Source: Candidatus Micrarchaeota archaeon
Lineage (GTDB): Archaea; Micrarchaeota; Micrarchaeia; Anstonellales; Bilamarchaeaceae
Length of the DNA stretch: 64,000 bases
Assembly (NCBI GenBank): GCA_014727975.1
Contig: WJMK01000039.1
Coordinates: 29,237 to 93,236, forward strand
Direction of reading: 5' to 3'
Both the position numbers and the translations under genes were made by a program. Numbering within the stretch: the first letter of the stretch is position 1; each line of letters opens with the position of its first letter. Shown here in pieces: positions 27,893 to 35,804 of this stretch. The notes beneath the pieces were generated by a model that was given only the letters and a program-made list of their open reading frames with translations, made no database searches and was not told where the DNA came from.

Positions 27893-28906
27893 ATGGAAGG
27901 CATGCTTATTATTTGTTTCGGAGCAGGAAATGAGCGCATGGAAAACATTGAGAACCTGATGGAGCGGACCAATACTGCATATTATTCAGGGAGGGGAAAA
28001 AACATCTACCATGACTTCAAGACATTTGCAGCATCCAGGAAGCTGGGGAAGGCATGTGCAATCGAGTTTCTTGAAAGGGCGCAAAAAACAGAGGGGGAAC
28101 TGAGGGTTTATGAGTTTGGGGTGGGGGACGGGTGCTTTGCAGGCAACTTCCTGGAAAGCCTGGAGAAGATGGATTCTGCGGTTGCAAAGCGGGTGAGCTA
28201 TGTGCTCTGGGACATCAGCAAAAAAATGCTGGACGGGGCGATGGAGAAGCTGCATGGGCATCCTGTGGAATGCATATGCGAATCCGCTGAAAATCTTTCA
28301 GGGATGAAAGAAGCATTCTGGGTGCGCGGGAACGAAATACTTGATGATATTCCTGCACGCGTATTTTTGAAAAAAGGGGAAAAAATTTATGAGGTGGGAT
28401 GGAACAACGGGGAATTTGCTGCATGGGAAGAGCCCGGTGCGCCTGCGGAAGTTAAGGAGCGGATGCAGGAAGCGCCGGAGGGATATTGGGTCCCGGTTAA
28501 TTTGCGCGCAAAAAATATTGTGGAAAGATGGAGGGAAAGAGTTGTGCAGGGAGGGGGAATAAGCGTATTCGAATATGGGTTTTATTCAAATAAAGAAATG
28601 GTGGGGACCACCCCGGAAATCTGGAATGATTCTGTTGTACGTGAATACGGGGGGCAGTATACTGTTGATGTAGATTTTGGATGGCTGGAGAGAAGATGCG
28701 GAGGGAACGTGGAAAGGCAGGATGATTTTGTGCGCAGGTCTCTCGGGGAGGAGGTGTTTGCAGTCGAAACTGAACGCCTGGATTACCTGGGAGCCAAAGA
28801 GATTGAGGGAAAAAGGAAACTGCTGGAAAAAGAGGGGTATGACATTGAGCTGCTGAAGCGGGGGGCGGAAAAAAGCCCATTCTACCATTATGCCTGGCTC
28901 AGATGA
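27893..28906 (+). CDS. class I SAM-dependent methyltransferase-like protein
   Basis: VYEFGVGDGCFAGNFL resembles Rossmann motif I (GxGxG); 337 aa. Confidence 0.45.
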   Translation: MEGMLIICFGAGNERMENIENLMERTNTAYYSGRGKNIYHDFKTFAASRKLGKACAIEFLERAQKTEGELRVYEFGVGDGCFAGNFLESLEKMDSAVAKRVSYVLWDISKKMLDGAMEKLHGHPVECICESAENLSGMKEAFWVRGNEILDDIPARVFLKKGEKIYEVGWNNGEFAAWEEPGAPAEVKERMQEAPEGYWVPVNLRAKNIVERWRERVVQGGGISVFEYGFYSNKEMVGTTPEIWNDSVVREYGGQYTVDVDFGWLERRCGGNVERQDDFVRRSLGEEVFAVETERLDYLGAKEIEGKRKLLEKEGYDIELLKRGAEKSPFYHYAWLR

Positions 28907-29948
28907 GCTTGACAAAGCCACGGCCTATTTCCGGAAGATATGCCCCGAAAAGGTTTGTGGTTGAGAGGACGAAGCTCATTGTGATTACCATTGCAAGAAA
29001 AGGGAGGCAGCAAAGATTGATTGAGAATCCTGCAATCCTCCCCCCTGCGACTTCGGCCGAATCCGGTATCACCCCAAGCGGGTCAGTATTGAAGCCTGCA
29101 AGCTGGCTGGAAAGGGCACTAAGGGTCCCCATAAAGCCGCTCTGGTGGGCGTCGGTCCAGAGCATCGCCTTGAATGCGGTGTTGGGATTGCCGATTCCCT
29201 GGGTTGTGAACTGCTCCAAGCCTTCAAATTCAGGAAGCAGTGGGCAGGCAAATGTCTGGGGAGTAACGTTAGAAACAAGGATGAATGCGAAGGGAAAAAC
29301 AAGGTAAAACCCTATTGCAAAGGCAAGGATGAATGCGCCTGAACCCCTTGTGGGGGGGAACTGCCTGAGCACTATCCCCAGTGGAAGGAAGATGGTGAGC
29401 GCAGTTGCCTTTATGAAGCGGAGTATGTGGACGAATATATAGTAAATGAAGAGAGTGAATGTCATGTAATTGGTGATGTTGCGTATTGTCTGCACAGGGC
29501 CCTTGTATGCCCAGCCGCCAACAACATCAAACATGAAAACATCAACAGAAAAAGATGATGCAAGCTCAAGCGGGAAATTAAGCTTGAGGAGCAGCCTGAA
29601 GATGGAGTCTATGCACTGGTACACTGAATTCATGTATGCAAGCATATAATCTATCAGGGTAGCGCCATCTGCGCTGGTTGCAAGGGCAGGGACATAGCCG
29701 GTCTGCTGGCCAAAATTGGCCTCAGTCATAGGCAGAACAACCTGGTCCACAAGGAGGGGCTCAATCCACCCTATCAGGACCATCAGGAAAAGGAGGAGGA
29801 AAACCGTGGAAAGTGAAAATACCAACTCTGCCTTGGCCCACTGCTCCAGGGTGGGCAGGCCCATAAGCCTGGAAACCATTATCATTATGGCGGAGAGTGC
29901 TGAAGAGAACATTACCGCTATAATGCATATTATCTCCCAGTCTTGCAT
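28899..29948 (-). CDS. polytopic membrane protein, paralog 1 of a 6-gene array (unrecognised family)
   Basis: Core motif FLPLGIVLRQFPPTRGSGAFILAFAIGFYLVFP; TM1 followed by WAKAELVFS; C-terminal tail ...EIGRGFVKLI. Confidence 0.6.
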   Translation of the reverse strand: MQDWEIICIIAVMFSSALSAIMIMVSRLMGLPTLEQWAKAELVFSLSTVFLLLFLMVLIGWIEPLLVDQVVLPMTEANFGQQTGYVPALATSADGATLIDYMLAYMNSVYQCIDSIFRLLLKLNFPLELASSFSVDVFMFDVVGGWAYKGPVQTIRNITNYMTFTLFIYYIFVHILRFIKATALTIFLPLGIVLRQFPPTRGSGAFILAFAIGFYLVFPFAFILVSNVTPQTFACPLLPEFEGLEQFTTQGIGNPNTAFKAMLWTDAHQSGFMGTLSALSSQLAGFNTDPLGVIPDSAEVAGGRIAGFSINLCCLPFLAMVITMSFVLSTTNLFGAYLPEIGRGFVKLI

Positions 29949-31096
29949 CAGATCATCCTCGAAAGGTTGCTTATGTCTATTTCCTCCCCGAATGTTTTGG
30001 TCAGGTACCGTACTACAGTTACAAGTATAAGCATATTAAGGGCAGGGAAAAACAGGCCTATCAGGAACCCGACTGCAACCGTGCGCATCATCAGTGCAAG
30101 GTAAAGGCCGAATACTGTGCCAACAATTCCCCCTATCACTATTTCAAAAAAAGTAAAGAGCGTAAGCACTCCGCCGCTCAGGGAGAGTGACTGGCTCTGG
30201 AACTCAGTAAGCGCTTCCCAGTCCCATGCAGAGCTGACCAGGCTGTCCATGCTGGAGGTATAGTAATCCAACTGGAATGGGTGCATCGGGAAAATCATGT
30301 ATCCATTGAGTACAATGAGGTATGGGTAAACAAGCACAAGTCCGACAACGAGCCCTATCAGCGTTCCCCCTATCCTGCGTGTAGGGCTGAAGGAACGCAT
30401 CAGTATGCCAATGGGAAGGTAATACTTTATCATTGCAAAGCTGAGGAAATCCAGTATTATGAGCTGTGCCCTCACTACAATGAATGCGACGGTCAGCGAC
30501 TGCAGGCCATTTACAAAAATCGGGCGCAGAACTGCGCCAAATCCTGCTGTGGGCTGCAATGAAGTACCCATCCCAAGAGGATGCTGGCTGAGAGTAGTTG
30601 TTGTAATGAAATCCATGGGTATGTAAAGCGTATGGAGAATCGTGGAGACGATTACCAGGCTGTCCGAAAAGTCGTCAAGCACATAAGCTGCAGCATCAAA
30701 AAGATTCATGTCTGCAGTTTCTTCAGGGGAGATGAGGGAGCCCATGGGTACTGCACATGATGAATTCATGAGGGCAATCACAATGATTATTATGAATATG
30801 GTGGTGAATAGCTCAAAAATCTCCAGTTTTACTGTTGCCTTCCCCGTATCATTATTGAAAAAATGGTAGAACAGGTAGAGGAAAGCAAGTATTGCGGAGG
30901 ATGCTGCAACTGCTGCGGCCACATAAGTCTGCCAGTCCGGAATGAAAAATGCTTCCTCAGAAGATGGGCATATTTCGGTGGTTGCAAGGATGGGGTATGC
31001 ACCTTCATCAGAAGGGGTTGTGGTGCCCATTGAAGCACACCCCGAAAGGAGCAGGGCAAACAGGGCAAACATCCAATACCTATTCATCTTGATCAC
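29948..31096 (-). CDS. polytopic membrane protein, paralog 2 (lipobox-like signal LLLSGC)
   Basis: YLPIGILMRSFSPTRRIGGTLIGLVVGLVLVYP; C-terminal FGEEIDISNLSRMI. Confidence 0.6.
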   Translation of the reverse strand: MIKMNRYWMFALFALLLSGCASMGTTTPSDEGAYPILATTEICPSSEEAFFIPDWQTYVAAAVAASSAILAFLYLFYHFFNNDTGKATVKLEIFELFTTIFIIIIVIALMNSSCAVPMGSLISPEETADMNLFDAAAYVLDDFSDSLVIVSTILHTLYIPMDFITTTTLSQHPLGMGTSLQPTAGFGAVLRPIFVNGLQSLTVAFIVVRAQLIILDFLSFAMIKYYLPIGILMRSFSPTRRIGGTLIGLVVGLVLVYPYLIVLNGYMIFPMHPFQLDYYTSSMDSLVSSAWDWEALTEFQSQSLSLSGGVLTLFTFFEIVIGGIVGTVFGLYLALMMRTVAVGFLIGLFFPALNMLILVTVVRYLTKTFGEEIDISNLSRMI

Positions 31097-32311
31097 TCAT
31101 ACCAGTTTTGCAAATGCTGCGATGTTTATCTCGGTCCCAAAATACTTTGCAATCTCCCTTGCAAATGTGAATGTAACAAAAATATTGAACAGGGGGAGGA
31201 ATATGCTGAGCACGAACACAGTATAAATGACATCAGTATACAGGTCGAAGAAAGCAGTCAGCACCCAGGAGAGGGCGATTATGCCTGCAATTTGCTTTAC
31301 TGCACCCAGCAGGAAGATAGAATATATCGAAAGAGTGAGGAAGCCTCCGCTTCCGAGGAAATCAGAAACTATTGCCTCCACCCCGCTGCGCTCATGTAGA
31401 AGGCCGTAGTTGTAGCTATATGCCTGGTAGTTCATCACAAGCATCAGGGGGTAAACCATGAAAAAGGCAATTGAAAGCGCAATAAGCGCATTCCCCCCTC
31501 CCCTGGTTTGAGGGAAGGACTTAAGCAGAACCCCGATTGGGAGGAATATGCTCAGCATGTATTTCTTTATGAAACAGAGGATTATCAGGTTCACAATCCA
31601 CTCAGTCAATGCAAAGGAAAGAAGGGACGCCATTGTCCCGATTCCGTCCACAAGGGGCTTCAGGACTCCGCCGAGGTTGAAGTGGATGGCCATGTGGAGG
31701 GCCCCCCCAATGCGCAGCGGGGCGCTGTAAAGCATGTAGATAAGGGAGTTGAAAGCTCCGAGCCAAAAAATGTCATTGCTTATCTTCTGGACCATAAGCA
31801 TGGAATAATCCATTGCGGTCCCGAATACCCCATCAGGGTCTGTCCCTCCAAGTCCCATGATGTCGTATGCAATCAGGTAAAATGAAAAGAAAAGGGCAAC
31901 TATCAGGAGCGTGTGGATAAATTCAAAAATCTCCTGCTTTGACATTGCAACCATCTGGGGGGAATTGAAGAGGTTGCCTGCCATGTAGAAAATTGCAATC
32001 CCTATTCCGATTACCATAAGGGCGATTGCTGCGGGAATTGTGTAGTCCAGGGGGGAATGGACATCGCATGTGTTGCTTGTAACCCCCATGTCCTCCACTG
32101 TGGACTGCATCTTGTCCTTTGTTTTTTCTGCACCCTCCTGCACCATGGCTATCGGGTCCTGCCCTTCAGCTTCCGTATCTGAGTCTGTGTCTGTTGAAGC
32201 GTCTGCATCAGCATCTGCATCCAAATCAGGGCTCGCATCCACATCAATTCCCGGACTCGCAAATGCATAAAGGCAGAAAAGCAGCACCAGCAAAATAAAT
32301 TTCATTTTCAT
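31097..32311 (-). CDS. polytopic membrane protein, paralog 3 (signal peptide plus acidic D/T/S-rich N-terminal region)
   Basis: FLPIGVLLKSFPQTRGGGNALIALSIAFFMVYP; C-terminal FGTEINIAAFAKLV. Confidence 0.6.
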   Translation of the reverse strand: MKMKFILLVLLFCLYAFASPGIDVDASPDLDADADADASTDTDSDTEAEGQDPIAMVQEGAEKTKDKMQSTVEDMGVTSNTCDVHSPLDYTIPAAIALMVIGIGIAIFYMAGNLFNSPQMVAMSKQEIFEFIHTLLIVALFFSFYLIAYDIMGLGGTDPDGVFGTAMDYSMLMVQKISNDIFWLGAFNSLIYMLYSAPLRIGGALHMAIHFNLGGVLKPLVDGIGTMASLLSFALTEWIVNLIILCFIKKYMLSIFLPIGVLLKSFPQTRGGGNALIALSIAFFMVYPLMLVMNYQAYSYNYGLLHERSGVEAIVSDFLGSGGFLTLSIYSIFLLGAVKQIAGIIALSWVLTAFFDLYTDVIYTVFVLSIFLPLFNIFVTFTFAREIAKYFGTEINIAAFAKLV

Positions 32312-32321
32312 GCATTATCCC

Positions 32322-33584
32322 TCATATCAGGTGGGTAAGGCCCGCAAGCTCTATGTCTCCCCCGAATATTGGAGAAAGGCTGCGGATTGCTCCTACAGTG
32401 GAGAACACGGAAAGAAGGCCGAAGAACATGGAGAAAAACACGAACCTGGCCGTGGCGTCTATTACGCCCCCTGGTCCTATAAGTGAATCAATATAGCCGT
32501 CATCATCAACAATCTGCCCTGTGAAGTCTATGGAATAAAGGAACATGTCGAACCAGTCTGAAAGGAGGTCTGCTGCATCGGCTTCCCCAAAATCAGAAGT
32601 CTGCTGGCAGTAGTTTACAGTCTCCGGATAGAGCTCCTCTGTAAGGTATTTTTCATTGTCATCCGGCATATCCTGTCCGGGCACCTCCCCAGACACAATG
32701 GAATCTTCCTCCACAAAGCCTACTTTCCCGTAGAACTCCTCCGGGTCGAAATCCAGGGAGGTTATCACTTCGGGCATCCTCTTGCTTGGGTCTGGCTGTG
32801 AAGAATCATAATAAGGGCTCTGCATTGCTACGTTTTTGAAGATTATTGCACCCAGCACATAGAACATTGGAAAAATAAAAAACAGGGATATTCCTATCGC
32901 CATGAGCTGGCCACCAAGCCTCCGGCTGAAGGGGAAAGTGCGCAGTATCAGCCCAAGCATTACAAGAACAGGGTAAAGCGAATAATTTATGAAATTCAGG
33001 AAAAACTGCTGGAAGCGAACAATGACCATGGATTTCATGCCGAATTCAAACATGTAGGAATAGATAGAGGATGGAAGGGAGAATGCAGAGCCAAGCGGGG
33101 AATAGTTCACTGAGCCGCTTGTGTGCTCATGGAAATCAGCTGAAACGCCTATGTTCTGGAAAAAGGAATACCACATGTGGATTGAGAGGAGCTCATAGTT
33201 GAAGAGCTTTCCTTCTGAGTAAAGGGTATCCAGATAATAGCGGGCCATCCTCATGTGGCAGGGGAACTGGTTTTCAAAATCATTGAAATAAGGGTCAAAT
33301 GTAGGGCCGCATATCTGCGCCCCCAGGCCTGGGTCAGGGTATACCCCTTTGATCAAGCTCGCTGCTGCTTCTGTTGCAGTTGCAAGCACGAGCAGCACCA
33401 CCACGATTAATGCTGCTGAGTAAAATGCCTCAACCAGCTCCAGCTTTGCAAATGCAATCATCTTGTCGTTGTTAAGGAACTGCCCGAGCATATAGACAAG
33501 GGCAGCAAACACAATAGCAAGGGAAATTGCAAGAACCGCAATCATTTCCCATTGCTGCCAGAGGTTGCTAACTACATCAAGCAT
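32322..33584 (-). CDS. polytopic membrane protein, paralog 4 (large acidic loop insert)
   Basis: LGLILRTFPFSRRLGGQLMAIGISLFFIFP; C-terminal FGGDIELAGLTHLI. Confidence 0.6.
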   Translation of the reverse strand: MLDVVSNLWQQWEMIAVLAISLAIVFAALVYMLGQFLNNDKMIAFAKLELVEAFYSAALIVVVLLVLATATEAAASLIKGVYPDPGLGAQICGPTFDPYFNDFENQFPCHMRMARYYLDTLYSEGKLFNYELLSIHMWYSFFQNIGVSADFHEHTSGSVNYSPLGSAFSLPSSIYSYMFEFGMKSMVIVRFQQFFLNFINYSLYPVLVMLGLILRTFPFSRRLGGQLMAIGISLFFIFPMFYVLGAIIFKNVAMQSPYYDSSQPDPSKRMPEVITSLDFDPEEFYGKVGFVEEDSIVSGEVPGQDMPDDNEKYLTEELYPETVNYCQQTSDFGEADAADLLSDWFDMFLYSIDFTGQIVDDDGYIDSLIGPGGVIDATARFVFFSMFFGLLSVFSTVGAIRSLSPIFGGDIELAGLTHLI

Positions 33585-33585
33585 G

Positions 33586-34518
33586 CTATCCCTTCCCTGT
33601 AATAAACTTGGTCACTGCGTTTACAAACGCGATTGTCAGCGTCATGGTAAGGGCAGGCAGGAAAAGGCCCACCAGGGAGATTTGGGATATGCGGTCCATA
33701 AATGGCACAAGCGCCATGAAGGAGAGGGGCTGAAAAATTGGCAAAAACCACGAGGAGAAATAAGTATCCGTAGTTGAGGTTGCAACCCCAAGTGCATCGT
33801 CCATGCTATTGAAATAGTTGGTTTCCTCTATGTTGGGAGTATACGAATCCGCCCAGCCATGTAGTTGCCACATATCGCTAAGCGCGATATAGTTGATGGA
33901 ATAAAGCAGGGGAAAAAAGCACTGGAAGGCTATGGCTAACACTATCAGGTACACCCCTGCATCACGGGTGGGCGGGAAAAACCTCAATATGATTCCTGCA
34001 GGAAGCAGGTAGTAATAGGCAACTGCATCAATAAGGTAGAAAAGTATCACCTGGACGCTCATTGTCCCGTAAAGGGCAGTAAAGCTGAATACGAGCATGC
34101 GGACGATGGAGATTAGGGGGTCAAGGCCGGGAACAGCTTTTGTAATCCAGTTCCATGGACCCGGCCCCATCCTGTATTCAACTGCATTAAAGTAAGTAAG
34201 GAGCACTTCCATCCTTACCAGCTTAAGGTAAATTGGAAGGATTCCTTCATTTATTACTATGTTGAGGAACTCTATGGATATATCTATGGGGTTGCCTCCT
34301 GCAAGTGCAGTGGATGCCATGTCTGCAAAGTTCCATGCAGCAAATGCAATCACAAGGATTATTGCTGAAAGAAAAAGCTGGCTGAGCTCAATCTTGGCAT
34401 ATGCCTCAAGCTGCGGGCGCTTAAGTGCATAAGAGAGCATGAAAACAATCGAGATGTACCCTATAAGGGCAAGCACGGTTATTCCGATTATTCCCATGTA
34501 TGATTCAAGGTCCATCAC
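33586..34518 (-). CDS. polytopic membrane protein, paralog 5 (shortest; lacks the C-terminal tail motif)
   Basis: LLPAGIILRFFPPTRDAGVYLIVLAIAFQCFFP; after TM1, PQLEAYAKIELSQLF. Confidence 0.6.
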   Translation of the reverse strand: MMDLESYMGIIGITVLALIGYISIVFMLSYALKRPQLEAYAKIELSQLFLSAIILVIAFAAWNFADMASTALAGGNPIDISIEFLNIVINEGILPIYLKLVRMEVLLTYFNAVEYRMGPGPWNWITKAVPGLDPLISIVRMLVFSFTALYGTMSVQVILFYLIDAVAYYYLLPAGIILRFFPPTRDAGVYLIVLAIAFQCFFPLLYSINYIALSDMWQLHGWADSYTPNIEETNYFNSMDDALGVATSTTDTYFSSWFLPIFQPLSFMALVPFMDRISQISLVGLFLPALTMTLTIAFVNAVTKFITGKG

Positions 34519-35753
34519 ACCACCTTAGTGAGCCCGAGGATTTCAAGCTCTCCGCCAAGGGCTGCCGCTATAGCGCGGTATCCTGTAATCGTTATTATTA
34601 TCTCTATCACGAAAGTAACTGCAATCATTACTGAAATCTGTGCAAGGCCCTGGAATCTCTCAAGGACCATGAAATAGAAGAAATATGCAAAAGTTGTGGG
34701 CTTTATTATGTCTATAAATGTATGAAGGGATACTTTCCCCCCCACAAACTCCCATAAATCAGAAAGCAGGCCCCCGAGCAGCCCCTGTGCAGAGCCTATC
34801 AGTCCTGAAACCTGGTACCAGTTGCTTTCATAGGGAAGCGGATTGCTGAGGTCGGTTGAAAGCTGCTCCCTGATCTCCGCATTTGACTGGTTGAGATAAA
34901 AAAGCGACTCGTTGATGTCTGCCCCCTCTGGCTCACATATTCCGAGGGGTGTTGGGGCGATTGGGATATATGCAGGATGGGCCTGGGGCCCGAACATCAG
35001 GTAATGGGAAAAGAGGATAGACGCAGGGAATATAAAGAAGCCTGCAAAGGAGATTGCAATGAGGCTGGAGCCTGTTGTACGGGTAAAGGGAAGCGAGCGC
35101 AAAAACAGCCCAAGGGGGAGCAGGAAGCCAGGGGTTATGTCAAAAAGGAATTCGAGGAGCTGCTGCCTTCCCACAACAAGCCCCACAAGCATACCTATGC
35201 TCTCGATTATGCTTACCACCGCATTGCTGAGCATGGCCATTCCGCCATATGGCGAAAAGCTGAGCCACTTTACTGCAAGGATAGGGGTTCCCATGGAAAG
35301 GCTGAACCCAATACTGGAAAGGACCCCGATAAATATTTCAAGGGAAAGAAACCCCACATATGCGCTAAGGATCTCATAGAAAACAGAATCAAGGGAATAG
35401 AATGCAAGCGTCACCAGGGAACAGGACTCTCCTCCGCAGATTGCAGCTGAGACGATTCCGCTTGTTGCCGCATATACTGCAAACCAGGATGCTGCGATAA
35501 AAACAGAAATCATCCATTGGGAAAGCTCCTCCTTTGCAAAAGCGTCAATCTGGGGGGAGCCTAGGAACTTCCCAAGCAGGTAGTACAGAATAACTATGAA
35601 CCCTGCAGAAAGCAGGGCAATCGGGAGAAGCTCTGCAACAAAGGGGTGGGACACTGCTTCCCCAAGCCGCAAAACATCGGTGGATTGGAGCAGAGGGGGT
35701 GCGTACATCATGATAGGCGTCCCGGTCATACGGGTATTTGTTACGACTAACAA
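34515..35753 (-). CDS. polytopic membrane protein, paralog 6 (first gene of the array)
   Basis: LLPLGLFLRSLPFTRTTGSSLIAISFAGFFIFP; after TM1, SPQIDAFAKEELSQW; C-terminal LGGELEILGLTKVV. Confidence 0.6.
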   Translation of the reverse strand: MLVVTNTRMTGTPIMMYAPPLLQSTDVLRLGEAVSHPFVAELLPIALLSAGFIVILYYLLGKFLGSPQIDAFAKEELSQWMISVFIAASWFAVYAATSGIVSAAICGGESCSLVTLAFYSLDSVFYEILSAYVGFLSLEIFIGVLSSIGFSLSMGTPILAVKWLSFSPYGGMAMLSNAVVSIIESIGMLVGLVVGRQQLLEFLFDITPGFLLPLGLFLRSLPFTRTTGSSLIAISFAGFFIFPASILFSHYLMFGPQAHPAYIPIAPTPLGICEPEGADINESLFYLNQSNAEIREQLSTDLSNPLPYESNWYQVSGLIGSAQGLLGGLLSDLWEFVGGKVSLHTFIDIIKPTTFAYFFYFMVLERFQGLAQISVMIAVTFVIEIIITITGYRAIAAALGGELEILGLTKVV

Positions 35754-35804
35754 ATATAAATATATAGTCTCAAAGGAAAACTATTCTGAATTCGGGTAAT
35801 TTGC

